A stretch of 64,000 nucleotides of DNA from Chloroflexota bacterium (GTDB lineage Bacteria; Chloroflexota; UBA11872; VXOZ01). Below, in pieces: positions 10,081-20,909 of the stretch. A model generated the notes under the pieces. That model was not told the DNA's origin. It saw only the letters and a program-made list of their open reading frames with translations, and ran no database searches. How positions within the stretch are numbered: the first letter of the stretch is position 1; each line of letters starts with the position of its first letter. The stretch covers positions 416,001 through 480,000 of the forward strand of contig CAXXVD010000005.1 of NCBI GenBank assembly GCA_963662335.2, read 5' to 3'. A program made the translations under genes and the position numbers.

Positions 10081-10920
10081 ATGCGTCTGAGACGAAGTTT
10101 GCGTACACCCGTTCGCATGGATAGCTTAGCCATTGAGCGGTCGTGGCTGGACCGCGGCGCCGCGTTGATTGCCGGTACGGATGAAGTGGGCCGCGGCGCG
10201 TGGGCCGGTCCCGTCGTGGCCGGGGTGGTGGCCGTAGCCCCCGGCCTCTACCAGTCGCTGCCCGCCGACCTGCGCGGCATCGACGATTCCAAGCTGCTCG
10301 CCCCCAAGCGGCGCGAGGCACTCGCTCCCCGCATCATGGCCCACGCCGCCGCCTGGGGACTCGGCGCCACAACCTCCCGCGAAATCGCCAGCGCCGGCCT
10401 GAGCGCGGCCGTACGCCTGGCCATCCGGCGCGCCTACGGCGAAGCAGCCGCCAAGTTCCCCCAAGCGCCCGACGTACTCCTTACCGACGCCGTCGCGCTC
10501 CCAAATGCGCCCGTGCCGGTAGAAGCCCACGCTAAAGCCGATCAGCGCTGCCTGGCGGTGGCAATGGCGTCAATTCTCGCCAAAGTGCACCGCGACCGTC
10601 TCATGCGCCGCTTCGCTCCGGTCTATCCGCACTACGACTTCGCCCGCAACAAAGGCTACGGCACCCGCAGCCATCACCGGGCGTTGCTGCGCTTTGGGCC
10701 GTGCGCCATCCACCGCGCGACGTTTCGTCCCGTCATGCGCGCGGCGTCCGCGCTCTCGCCGCCGTCCGGCCGCGTCAGTCCGGTGCGCGCACGGTCTACA
10801 CCCGAAGAGAAACCTGCTGCCCACGGCAGGGACAACATCCACGCTCCCAATCCTGTCGCGAGCGGCGCAAACGGCGCCGCATCGAGCGTGCAGCCTCAGC
10901 AGCGGAGCGGCGGCGCATGA
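10081..10920 (+). CDS. rnhB: Ribonuclease HII with low-complexity C-terminal extension
   Basis: GTDEVGRG.WAGPV, DDSK, ASILAKVHRD, NKGYGT; start may be 10117. Confidence 0.95.
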   Translation: MRLRRSLRTPVRMDSLAIERSWLDRGAALIAGTDEVGRGAWAGPVVAGVVAVAPGLYQSLPADLRGIDDSKLLAPKRREALAPRIMAHAAAWGLGATTSREIASAGLSAAVRLAIRRAYGEAAAKFPQAPDVLLTDAVALPNAPVPVEAHAKADQRCLAVAMASILAKVHRDRLMRRFAPVYPHYDFARNKGYGTRSHHRALLRFGPCAIHRATFRPVMRAASALSPPSGRVSPVRARSTPEEKPAAHGRDNIHAPNPVASGANGAASSVQPQQRSGGA

Positions 10921-11327
10921 GTCCGACGTCGTTGAAGACTGGGAATTCCGCCAAGAGGCCGAGCCGATACCGTCAGGCCGTTGGAAAGTGGGGAGAAGAA
11001 GCCGCCGCCCAGTACCTCGCCACGCGCCGCTACGCGATTCTCGCACGCAACTACCGGACGCCCGCCGGCGAACTGGACATCATCGCGCGCGACGCGGCAG
11101 CCATTGTGTTCATAGAGGTGAAGACCCGGCGCACGAAGCGTTTCGGCTTGCCGCAAGAAGCGGTAACGCCAGCCAAAGCGGCCCACATCATCGCGGCGGC
11201 CCAGCACTATCTGCAGGATACCGCCCAGAGCGACGCCGCCTGGCGCATAGACGTGGTTGCCGTATGCGGCAGCCCCGGCTCACACCCGGAGATCACCCTC
11301 ATTCGCAACGCAGTGGAGGGGAGTTAG
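10917..11327 (+). CDS. YraN family (UPF0102) endonuclease-like protein
   Basis: GKWGEEAA, RNYRTPAGELDIIA, FIEVKTR, WRIDVVAV; ATGA overlap with rnhB. Confidence 0.93.
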   Translation: MSPTSLKTGNSAKRPSRYRQAVGKWGEEAAAQYLATRRYAILARNYRTPAGELDIIARDAAAIVFIEVKTRRTKRFGLPQEAVTPAKAAHIIAAAQHYLQDTAQSDAAWRIDVVAVCGSPGSHPEITLIRNAVEGS

Positions 11328-11436
11328 TCCGTATCCAGATAGAGTGGGCATAGTTACTGGCTCTGATCCTGTCCCCGCGGTCAGAGGGTTGGCTCCAAGT
11401 CTGTCCACTCTCCCTGAGAGTATCTTTGCGTAATTC

Positions 11437-11464
11437 CGTCATTCCGGCGAAAGCCGGAATCCAG
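11437..11464. repeat. CGTC-type palindromic repeat (CGTCATTCCGGCGAAAGCCGGAATCCAG)
   Basis: Related composite copies at 15063-15109, 20678-20749, 58187-58258. Confidence 0.8.
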
Positions 11465-11499
11465 AAACTCCATGATTGAGTTGAAAGAGCGCTAGCGCC

Positions 11500-12573
11500 A
11501 TGCCAACGCTGTGGAACACACCCTATACGCGGGAAGAATTGCTCAGCCGGGTCGGCAGCATGGACCAGCTTGGCGGCGCGCGGCGACTCCGCTGGGAGGA
11601 GGGGCCGGAGGACGCCATGCTGGCCGCCGAGATGCGCACCGGTTCAGGCCTGAATCTCTGGATTGCGCCGTCGCGCGGCCTGGACGTGGCGCACGCCGAG
11701 TATAAGGGCATCCCGCTCGCGTGGCGTTCCCGCACCGGCGACATGCACAGCGCCTATTTCGAACCCGAAGGCATGGGCTGGCTGCGCGGTTTCTTTGGCG
11801 GTCTCATCACCACCTGCGGCCTCACCTACCTGGGCGCGCCCAGCCTCGATTGCGGCGAGGAGCTTGGCATCCACGGCCGCGTCTCCTACACCGCCGCCCG
11901 CAACGTCCTGGTCGACAATGACTGGCAGGGCGACGACTACGTGATGCGCGTGCAGGGACGGCTGACCGAGAGCGCCGTCTTCGGCAATACGTTGGTACTA
12001 ACACGCTGCGTCTGGGCGCGGCTGGGCGAGTCGCGCTTCTTCGTGCACGACCGCGTGGAGAACGTGGGGCGGGAGCCAAGTCCCTTCATGCTGCTCTACC
12101 ACGTCAACATCGGCTTTCCCCTGGTGCACCCGGCAGCGCGGCTGCTCTCTCCCACTGAGCACGCCGAGCCGCGTGACGCGGCGGCCGCGGCCGGCCGCGA
12201 CCGCTACGACCGGTTCGAAGACCCCACGCCGGACTTTGCCGAGCAGGTCTATTTCCATGACATGCGGCCCAACGCGGAGGGCCGCGTGCAGGCCGCGATC
12301 GTGAATCCGACGGTACATGACGGCATTGGCGTATATCTGCGCTACGATCCGCGCGAACTCCCCTGCTTTACCGAATGGAAGATGATGAACAGCGACGAGT
12401 ACGTCGTTGGCTTGGAACCCGGCAACTGCCTGCCGCTGGGACGCGCCGCCGAACGGGCCGCGGGCCGGCTGCGTCATTTGGCGCCGGGCGAGGCGCAGGA
12501 GTTTCACCTGGAGTTCGGGGTCTTAGACGGTCGTGACGCGATCACCTCCTTCGAGCAGGCAATGCGCGCATGA
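11500..12573 (+). CDS. DUF4432 / aldose 1-epimerase-like family protein
   Basis: RGLDV, GLITTCGL..GAP, GIHGR, LYHVNIGFP, YVVGLEPGN. Confidence 0.85.
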   Translation: MPTLWNTPYTREELLSRVGSMDQLGGARRLRWEEGPEDAMLAAEMRTGSGLNLWIAPSRGLDVAHAEYKGIPLAWRSRTGDMHSAYFEPEGMGWLRGFFGGLITTCGLTYLGAPSLDCGEELGIHGRVSYTAARNVLVDNDWQGDDYVMRVQGRLTESAVFGNTLVLTRCVWARLGESRFFVHDRVENVGREPSPFMLLYHVNIGFPLVHPAARLLSPTEHAEPRDAAAAAGRDRYDRFEDPTPDFAEQVYFHDMRPNAEGRVQAAIVNPTVHDGIGVYLRYDPRELPCFTEWKMMNSDEYVVGLEPGNCLPLGRAAERAAGRLRHLAPGEAQEFHLEFGVLDGRDAITSFEQAMRA

Positions 12574-13325
12574 AGCCAATCTCCATCCTCTGGTCCGACG
12601 GGGTAAGCGAAGCCGAGGTCAAAGCGGCCGTCACCGCCATGCGCGACTTCCTGCGCTGCGTGCAGGCCGTCGGTTTCGAACAAGACATCTGCCTCGCTCC
12701 CATCACGGTACGGCCCTTCGGCAACTGGATCATACAAGGCGCCACCGGCCGCGAAGCGTACCATTCGTTTCAGTGGTACTGGCAGACAAGCTTGGATGAA
12801 CGCTCCGGCCAGGTTTCCGCCGCCACCTTCATCGAAATCGTGCGCTACGAACCCTGGCAACAAACCGAGCCGCACTTCGACTTCGCCCTGCTGCACACCG
12901 ATTTGCGCGACGATATGGCCGGCGCCGCCGAAGGCGCGGAGACCGAGCGTGAGTACCCCTTGGTCTTTGCCTGCACCGAGCCCGACCTGGTTACGGTGAT
13001 TTCAACCTGCCACCTGGCGCAGATCGCCGATCGCGACTTGCGGCTCAAGTGCCTGCGCAGCCTGGTGATGCGCAACTTCGGCCGCCTCGTCGGCCTGCCC
13101 GGCGGTCTGCCGGCGCCCAGCCGCGTCCGGCCGGGGCAGTCCCCCGCGGCAAGCAAACCGCCTGCCCGGACCTGTGCGCCGCCTTGCGCCATGCACGAAG
13201 CGCGCTCCCTGGACGAACTGATGGGCCTGGCGGCGGCAGAGAAAGGCGATAAGCCGGCGCTGTGCGACCTGTGCAGAGAAGACCTGCGCTCGATTGTCTT
13301 TCGCCTGCACTTCTCTGAAAACTAG
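12570..13325 (+). CDS. Archaemetzincin (M54)-like protein lacking the HExxH motif
   Basis: TDL...LVFA...VTVIST...RNFGRLVGLP...CAPPCAM...LCDLC matches the archaemetzincin layout, with RNFGR at the HExGH position; ATGA overlap with the upstream gene. Confidence 0.6.
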   Translation: MKPISILWSDGVSEAEVKAAVTAMRDFLRCVQAVGFEQDICLAPITVRPFGNWIIQGATGREAYHSFQWYWQTSLDERSGQVSAATFIEIVRYEPWQQTEPHFDFALLHTDLRDDMAGAAEGAETEREYPLVFACTEPDLVTVISTCHLAQIADRDLRLKCLRSLVMRNFGRLVGLPGGLPAPSRVRPGQSPAASKPPARTCAPPCAMHEARSLDELMGLAAAEKGDKPALCDLCREDLRSIVFRLHFSEN

Positions 13326-13375
13326 CGAGGGCATCGCCGGAACGGGACAACTGGAAGCGAGACGGAGCAGCGTCA

Positions 13376-14308
13376 TTGACGAAGCCAGCCTCAGACACAA
13401 TTGGAAAACTCGACCGCTTTCGCGGCACGCTGGTCGGTCTCGCGACCGGCGAGTGTCTCGGCGCAGCCACGGAAGGCCTGACGCCCGCGGAGATTCGCGC
13501 GCGTTTTGGCCTCTTGCGCGACCTGCGGGGGCACGCCAACGCCCGCGCCGGTGAGATTGCCAATCAAGCCCGCTGCCTGGCGGAAAGCCTGGTTGCCCAG
13601 GAAGAATATGATCCCGAGGACGCGCTGCAGCGACTGGTCGCCTGGTCGTTCAGTTCGCAAGGCGTGCTCTCGCAGGACGTAACCAACCGCGCGCTGGCCA
13701 AGGTAGCCAGCGGCATGATGTGGGAGCACGCGTCGTCGCTCACGTATTGGGAGTGCGGCGGCAAGACCACCGGCAACCACGTGGTGGGCCGCTGCGCGCC
13801 GTTGGCGCTGCTGTACGCCCAGCATCCCGAGCAGAACATCGCCGCCACCTACAATAGCGCCCGGCTAACCCACTACGACCGCATGTGGAGTTGGGCCGCC
13901 GTTACCCTCAACCTGATCATCTCCGCCCTCATCGCCGGCAACAGCATCAAGGACGCCCTCCGGCTCATCGTTGATCACCTGGAAGACTTCGACGTGCCGC
14001 TGCCGATCTTGGAGCGCCTCTCAGAACTGGAAGCGAGTTCATATATCCAGCCGTCCACGATGGCGTTCGACGCCCTGGAAGCCGCCCTGGTGTGCTTGCT
14101 GCGCACGGAGGCCGCCGAGTCGGCTCTGGTGGAAGCCGTAAACCTGGGTGGCGCCAGCCGCACCACGGGCGCGGTCTGCGGCGCGCTGGCGGGAGCGGCC
14201 TACGGGCTGGCGCGTCTGCCGGACCGCTGGTGGCAGCGGCTCGATGACGTAGAGGCGTTCGTAGACCTCGCCGACAACCTCTGTGCGCTCGCCAGCGATA
14301 ACCCGTGA
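13376..14308 (+). CDS. ADP-ribosylglycohydrolase (DraG/ARH) fold protein with degenerate active site
   Basis: RFRGTLVGLATGECLG, LAESL, GN..GRCAP, SARLTH, AVNLGG...GALAGAAYG..LP..W; TDD and DxDT motifs absent. Confidence 0.85.
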   Translation: MTKPASDTIGKLDRFRGTLVGLATGECLGAATEGLTPAEIRARFGLLRDLRGHANARAGEIANQARCLAESLVAQEEYDPEDALQRLVAWSFSSQGVLSQDVTNRALAKVASGMMWEHASSLTYWECGGKTTGNHVVGRCAPLALLYAQHPEQNIAATYNSARLTHYDRMWSWAAVTLNLIISALIAGNSIKDALRLIVDHLEDFDVPLPILERLSELEASSYIQPSTMAFDALEAALVCLLRTEAAESALVEAVNLGGASRTTGAVCGALAGAAYGLARLPDRWWQRLDDVEAFVDLADNLCALASDNP

Positions 14309-15003
14309 AGTTTCCCGCTCCCCTGCAAGCGGCGCGCTTCATTGCCCGACCGAACCGGTTCACCTGCCTCGTGCAACTGCCGCACCTGCGTTCTCCCGCC
14401 AAGGCGCACGTGCCTGATCCCGGACGCCTGCGCGAATTGCTGCGGCCCGGCGTGCGCGTGTGGGTGGAGCCGAAAACGGGAGCGCTGCGCAAGACGGCCT
14501 ATCAAGTGTGGCTGGTGGAGAAAGACCGCACCCTCGTCTCGCTCGATACGCGGCTGCCGAACCTGCTCGTGCAGGAAGCGCTGGCGCAGGGGAGCCTGCC
14601 CGAGTTCAACCGCTACCCAACCTGGGAGCGCGAACGCCGCAGCGGGGAAAGCCGCCTGGACTTCTGTTTGTCCAACGCCAATGAGACGTGTTGGGTAGAA
14701 GTAAAGTCGGTCACTCTGGTGGAAGAGGGCCGCAGCCTATTTCCGGATGCGCCCACGGCGCGCGGACGGAAGCACCTCGCGGAACTCATCCGCCTGCGGC
14801 GCACCGGAGCGCGCGCGGTTGCGCTCTTCGTCGTGCAACGCGCCGACCCGCGGAGCGTGGCCGCCAATCGCAAGACGGATCCCGCGTTCGCCACGGCCCT
14901 GCGAGACGCTCACCGGCAGGGCGTGGAACTGCTCGCCTACACGTGCGCGCTTACCACAGAGCACGCTGCGCTGGCTGAGCAAATTCCCGTAATCGTAGAG
15001 TAA
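14305..15003 (+). CDS. sfsA: SfsA DNA/RNA nuclease (sugar fermentation stimulation protein)
   Basis: RPNRF, HVPDPGRL, SRLDF, WVEVKSVTL, FPDAPTARGRKHL; GTGA overlap with the ARH gene. Confidence 0.95.
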   Translation: MKFPAPLQAARFIARPNRFTCLVQLPHLRSPAKAHVPDPGRLRELLRPGVRVWVEPKTGALRKTAYQVWLVEKDRTLVSLDTRLPNLLVQEALAQGSLPEFNRYPTWERERRSGESRLDFCLSNANETCWVEVKSVTLVEEGRSLFPDAPTARGRKHLAELIRLRRTGARAVALFVVQRADPRSVAANRKTDPAFATALRDAHRQGVELLAYTCALTTEHAALAEQIPVIVE

Positions 15004-15062
15004 TCGCCATGGCCCTGCTTAGGCCACCCAGGGGAATGAAAACTGGGGGCCGGCTGCTTGAC

Positions 15063-15109
15063 CGTCATTCCCGCGAACACAGTGGATTCCCGCGTGCGCG
15101 GGAATGACG
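15063..15109. repeat. CGTC-type inverted repeat containing ATTCCC-N8-GGGAAT
   Basis: CGTCATTCCCGCG...CGCGGGAATGACG termini; between convergent genes. Confidence 0.85.
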
Positions 15110-15166
15110 GAGGCTATCGCGCCAATCTCAGGGTAAGGCGCGCTCTTCCCAATCAACCCAAGATGC

Positions 15167-15928
15167 CTACTCTGGCGCTACAATCGGGTTGGCGAGCGTG
15201 CCGATGTTCTCGATCACGACCTCCACCCGGTCGCCGACCTGCATCGGCCCGATGCCGCTGGGCGTGCCGGTGATGATCACGTCACCCGGCAGCAGGGTGA
15301 ACGCCTGCGACACGTAGTGGATGATGAAGTCGGGCTTGAAGACCATATCGGCGGTATTGCTATCCTGCTTGACTTCGCCGTTGAGTATAGTCTGGATGCG
15401 CAAGCCCACGGGATCGATCTCGTTCACCAGCACCGGCCCCAGGGGACAGAACGTGTCCATGCCCTTGGCGCGTGCCCACTGCCCGTCGGCGCGTTGCAAG
15501 TCGCGGGCGCTAACGTCGTTGGCACACGTGTAGCCGGCCACCACGCCGGGGGCGTCCTCCACCGAGACGCGGTGCGCCGTCTTGCCGATCACAATCGCCA
15601 GTTCACACTCGTAGTCCAGTTGCGTCGTCAGGTGCGAGTAGATCACGCCCTCTTCCGGGCCGATAATGGCCGTGGGCGGCTTCAGGAAGAGCATCGGCTC
15701 TTCAGGCACTTCCATGCCGCTCTCCGCGGCGTGGAGCTTATAGTTCAGGCCGACGCAGATGACTTTCGTCGGCGCCGCCGGCGGCAGGATGTGGAGGTCG
15801 GCCAGCGCCAGTGTCCGGTTCCGCGCCGTCCAACCGGTAATCGGATCGCCGTGCACCGCCGTGACACTATCGCCCTCGACGATACCCCATGCGTCCCGCG
15901 AGCCATCTTGATAACGAACGAACTTCAC
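15167..15928 (-). CDS. Fumarylacetoacetate hydrolase family protein
   Basis: KVICVGLNY, FLKP, DYECEL, NDVSARDLQ, AKGMDTFCPLGP, GDVIITGTPSG. Confidence 0.95.
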   Translation of the reverse strand: MKFVRYQDGSRDAWGIVEGDSVTAVHGDPITGWTARNRTLALADLHILPPAAPTKVICVGLNYKLHAAESGMEVPEEPMLFLKPPTAIIGPEEGVIYSHLTTQLDYECELAIVIGKTAHRVSVEDAPGVVAGYTCANDVSARDLQRADGQWARAKGMDTFCPLGPVLVNEIDPVGLRIQTILNGEVKQDSNTADMVFKPDFIIHYVSQAFTLLPGDVIITGTPSGIGPMQVGDRVEVVIENIGTLANPIVAPE

Positions 15929-16027
15929 GTGCTACACTCCTTTGCGTATGGGCATTCCTGCAATGTAGGATAGTGGCTCTCGCCTACAGATGCAACGCAT
16001 CGCGCCTGGTCAAGTTCGCCAAATTCG

Positions 16028-16972
16028 TCACGAAGACTGCGCCGCCAACTCTTCCCGAAAGTAGGCGATCGTCTTGCGCAGGCCCTCTTCCAATGACGTC
16101 ACCGGACTCCAGCCCAACCGCGCGCGGGCCTTCGCGATGTCGGGCCGCCGCCGTTGCGGATCGTCGGCGGGCAGCGGCTTGTGCACGATTGGCGCGTTGG
16201 TAGCCGTCAAGCGCACGATCATGTCCGCGAACTCGCGGATCGTGCGCTCGTCCGGGTTGCCGAGATTGAAGACCTCACCCTGCGTCTCGGGCGTGAACAT
16301 CGCCGCCGCGATGCCGCGCACCAGGTCGCCCACGTAGCAGAACGAGCGGGTCTGGGCGCCGTCGCCGTAGATCGTGATCGGCCGCCCGGCCAGCGCCTGG
16401 GCGATGAAGTTCGGCACCACGCGGCCGTCGCGCGGGTCGTTGCGCGGCCCGTAGGTATTGAAGATGCGGATGATGCGCGCGTCGAGTCCATACTGGCGCA
16501 CGTACTCCATGGTCAGCGCCTCGCCAAACCGCTTGCCCTCGTCATAGCACGCCCGCGGCCCAATCGGATTCACGTTACCCCAGTAGGTCTCGGACTGCGG
16601 GTGCGTCAGCGGATCGCCGTAGACCTCGGACGTGGACGCAAACAGGAATTTCGCGCCGTTTTCCCGCGCCAGTTCCAGCAGATTCTCCGTGCCCACGGAG
16701 TTCACGCGCAGCGTCGTTAGCGGATGCCGCAGATAGCCCTCGGGGCTGGCCGGGCTTGCCAGGTGAAATATCGCGTCGCCCCGCCACGCGAACGGCGCGA
16801 TGACGTCGTGCTCGCGCAGCGTAAACCGGCCGCTCGCCGCCAGGTGCGCGACGTTCTTGGCGCGTCCGGTAATGCCGCTATCGACCGCGGTGACGTCGTG
16901 CCCCTGCGCGAGCATGTAGTCACAGAGATGCGAGCCAACGAAACCCGCGCCGCCCGCTACGAGAACTCTCAC
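16028..16972 (-). CDS. UDP-glucuronic acid decarboxylase family extended SDR
   Basis: GGAGFVGSHL, HLASPASP, STSEVYGDP, YWGNVNPIGPRACYDEGKR, RIFNTYGP. Confidence 0.95.
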   Translation of the reverse strand: MRVLVAGGAGFVGSHLCDYMLAQGHDVTAVDSGITGRAKNVAHLAASGRFTLREHDVIAPFAWRGDAIFHLASPASPEGYLRHPLTTLRVNSVGTENLLELARENGAKFLFASTSEVYGDPLTHPQSETYWGNVNPIGPRACYDEGKRFGEALTMEYVRQYGLDARIIRIFNTYGPRNDPRDGRVVPNFIAQALAGRPITIYGDGAQTRSFCYVGDLVRGIAAAMFTPETQGEVFNLGNPDERTIREFADMIVRLTATNAPIVHKPLPADDPQRRRPDIAKARARLGWSPVTSLEEGLRKTIAYFREELAAQSS

Positions 16973-17215
16973 GGCTTGCCCTGCCTTGGTGTCTGCCCCA
17001 ACGCGCGCTCATTGTAACACGGGGCGGGCGCGCCGCCCGCGGGGCATGGACCTTATACATGATGAGTCCACCCCAAGTATTGTATGCCAATGCGCCAGCG
17101 GCCGGGCGGCGGGATGCGTAGGAGGAAGCTGCCGGACACGGCATGGGCAAACAAAGCGGCGAATGCCGACCCGCTACGGGGGGCACTCGCCGGTGGTTGT
17201 CGTGCTGGATGGGGA

Positions 17216-17240
17216 GTTAACAGGTAAAGGGTGATGAAGG
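17216..17240 (-). promoter_or_regulatory. 3' arm of the 16S precursor processing stem (RNase III-type)
   Basis: Complementary (24/25) to 18900-18924 in the 16S leader. Confidence 0.8.
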
Positions 17241-17290
17241 GGGGAAGTGGGGGAAGGAGAGCGGGTGTGGTCGTGTGGTGGCGTTTCCCT

Positions 17291-18826
<1,536 letters not shown>

Positions 18827-18899
18827 AAAACTGCTATCGTTCAGTTGCTAACTCACCACCACCCTACCTACCCCAGCTCTCTTCTTCCCGCTGCCCTTA

Positions 18900-18924
18900 C
18901 CTTCATCACTCTTTACCTGTTAAC
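18900..18924 (-). promoter_or_regulatory. 5' arm of the 16S precursor processing stem
   Basis: GTTAACAGGTAAAGAGTGATGAAGG pairs with the trailer at 17216-17240. Confidence 0.8.
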
Positions 18925-18956
18925 GTGCCCGGCGCTGACTAGCGCCATCTCTTTCT

Positions 18957-18986
18957 ACCCTACCACCGCGCCGCCTTCACTGTCAA
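18957..18986 (-). promoter_or_regulatory. Putative sigma70 promoter of the 16S gene
   Basis: TTGACA-18nt-TAGGGT with TG upstream of -10, about 30 nt before the processing stem. Confidence 0.65.
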
Positions 18987-19048
18987 CCCACGAGAGGGAA
19001 TCTCTCAATTCTGGAATAACGCGCAGCGCATAGACGAAGAGAACCGGC

Positions 19049-20560
19049 CTACCACACGTCCGGATCGCGCACCACCACGGTGCCGACCATCTTGTCGTGC
19101 CAGGTCTGGCCGTTCTTATCCCAGAAGGCCGACAGGAAACCGTAGGTAAGGGGCAGGCCGCTCACGAACTTGCCCACCAGTTCGCGCCGCACCATGGTCT
19201 TGAAATCAGGGTACTTCTGCCGTTCCAGTTGCACCACTTCCAGGCCGAACAGCGACTTGCCCGGCGTAGTGCCGCGAATCAAGAACGAGACGAAGAACAA
19301 GCCGTAGACGAGGGGCATGAAGATATATTGCCAGAAGATGGTGAGAAAGTTGTAGCCGTCCGCCGGATTGAAGCCGGTCAGCGCAAAGAGGAGGATTAGC
19401 CCTACCGGCACGCTCAAGTCCAGCGACGCCGCCAGGAAACGCGGGAAGAAGTGCGCCCGGTGGCCCAGGTCTTCATTCTGCACGAACGTCTTGCACTCCG
19501 CGCAGAACAGGCGCTCGTCGGGCACCGGCGCCCGGCACTTGGGGCACCGCAGCACGCCGGGCGCGCTCTCTTCCAACGCCACGTTCTCTTCGGCCTCTTT
19601 AACGGCGAGGTCCTCCACCTCCACTGCCGTCAGCCCCCGGATGCGCATGGCGCTCTCTTGCACGCGCTTCATCTGGTCGGGGTGCCGGAAGTAGCCCTTA
19701 ACACGGGCCACCATCGTTTCCGAGTTCACGCCCGCCGACATGAAAGTGGCCCCGGTAAGGTCCGAGTCTTCGCCCTGCAAGAGTTCCATCAGGCCGATGT
19801 TCCGGCGGAACCAGACCTGCTGGCCCACGCGCCGGTCCAGCACGCGCAGCATGAGGGGCCGCGAGTACGTCTGAAAGAGAAAACCGGCCTGCACCCACAC
19901 CGGCGTCAATACGATGGAAGCCGCCAACCCGGACGTAAGCGGCGGCGAGAACGCGGCGGTTATCGCGCTGATCGCCAGCACGTTGCCCCCCATAATCGAG
20001 AGAAAGGTGTGGGGCTCCACGTCGATCGTGAAGATCGAGGTGAAGTAGAGGCGCATGCGCTTCTCATGCTGCAGCGCGTCCCGCTGCACCACCGCCACCA
20101 GCAACCCCAGGATGCCGCCGGCCAGCACCACTACCCACATGCGGCCGATGAGCACCGGAATGCCGACTGCCATGCCAAGCAACATGCCGCCGGCATTGCC
20201 CAGCACGGACGCGCCGCCCGTATCCTCCATCACCGTCGCCATGGCGAAAACCACGACGAGCATCACGGCAAGGAAGATGCCCACAACGCGCGCCGACAAC
20301 AATTCCGGGATGAAGAACCCGGTGATGCCCAAGAACGCGATGAAGATCACGAGGCCCACGGCGGCAATGAGAATGCCAAACGCGAAGGGGCGCAAGAGTT
20401 CCCACAGGCTGGCAAAGACGACGGCCAGGCCGATGAAGGCGCTCATGACGCCGATGCCCGCCGCAAACCCCGCAATCAGGGTCGAGCGGATGTCCGACAC
20501 CATGATCAGCACGTCGTCTTCGGTCGCCGCTACGAGTTCTCGCCGATTGAAATCACGCAC
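19049..20560 (-). CDS. Membrane protein: multi-TM + BON-like + Zn ribbon + RDD domain
   Basis: Hydrophobic N-half; ARVKGYF...RIRGLTAVEV; CPKC...CAEC; RFLAASLD...GTTPGKSLFGLEVV...QTWHDKMVGTVVV; GTG start after GGAGG. Confidence 0.85.
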   Translation of the reverse strand: MRDFNRRELVAATEDDVLIMVSDIRSTLIAGFAAGIGVMSAFIGLAVVFASLWELLRPFAFGILIAAVGLVIFIAFLGITGFFIPELLSARVVGIFLAVMLVVVFAMATVMEDTGGASVLGNAGGMLLGMAVGIPVLIGRMWVVVLAGGILGLLVAVVQRDALQHEKRMRLYFTSIFTIDVEPHTFLSIMGGNVLAISAITAAFSPPLTSGLAASIVLTPVWVQAGFLFQTYSRPLMLRVLDRRVGQQVWFRRNIGLMELLQGEDSDLTGATFMSAGVNSETMVARVKGYFRHPDQMKRVQESAMRIRGLTAVEVEDLAVKEAEENVALEESAPGVLRCPKCRAPVPDERLFCAECKTFVQNEDLGHRAHFFPRFLAASLDLSVPVGLILLFALTGFNPADGYNFLTIFWQYIFMPLVYGLFFVSFLIRGTTPGKSLFGLEVVQLERQKYPDFKTMVRRELVGKFVSGLPLTYGFLSAFWDKNGQTWHDKMVGTVVVRDPDVW

Positions 20561-20677
20561 GTTGCGCGCCCTCCATGCAGAGTTCGTCACCGCGCTCTGT
20601 AAACGCTCACCGTTTACCTTACCACGAAAGTAGGGCAACTGAGTGCGTCATTTCCATGAAAATAGCGCCACAGCCTC

Positions 20678-20749
20678 CGTCATTCTCGCGCACGCGGGAA
20701 TCCATCTTCCCCGCGCAGCCGGTGGATTCCCGCGTGCGCGAGAATGACG
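20678..20749. repeat. CGTC-type composite inverted repeat
   Basis: Near-identical to 58187-58258. Confidence 0.85.
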
Positions 20750-20909
20750 ATCAGGGGGCCGTCCCACACTTTCATTGCTTTGGGTGACCGGCAGGCGGCC
20801 ATGGTGAGTACTCTAAGCGCCGCTTGTCCTCAATGCGCTCTGCGCATTTTGTGGGATATTATCCGCGCAGATTCGTCCGCAAACAGCGGGAGCAATCCGA
20901 CTGGACACA

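Noticed and set aside
10740-10920. Extra domain at the RNase HII C-terminus
   Set aside because: Low-complexity Pro/Ala/Ser tail consistent with stop-codon drift.
16973-17290. tRNA or ITS after the 16S
   Set aside because: No T-loop GTTCRA or cloverleaf recognisable on either strand.
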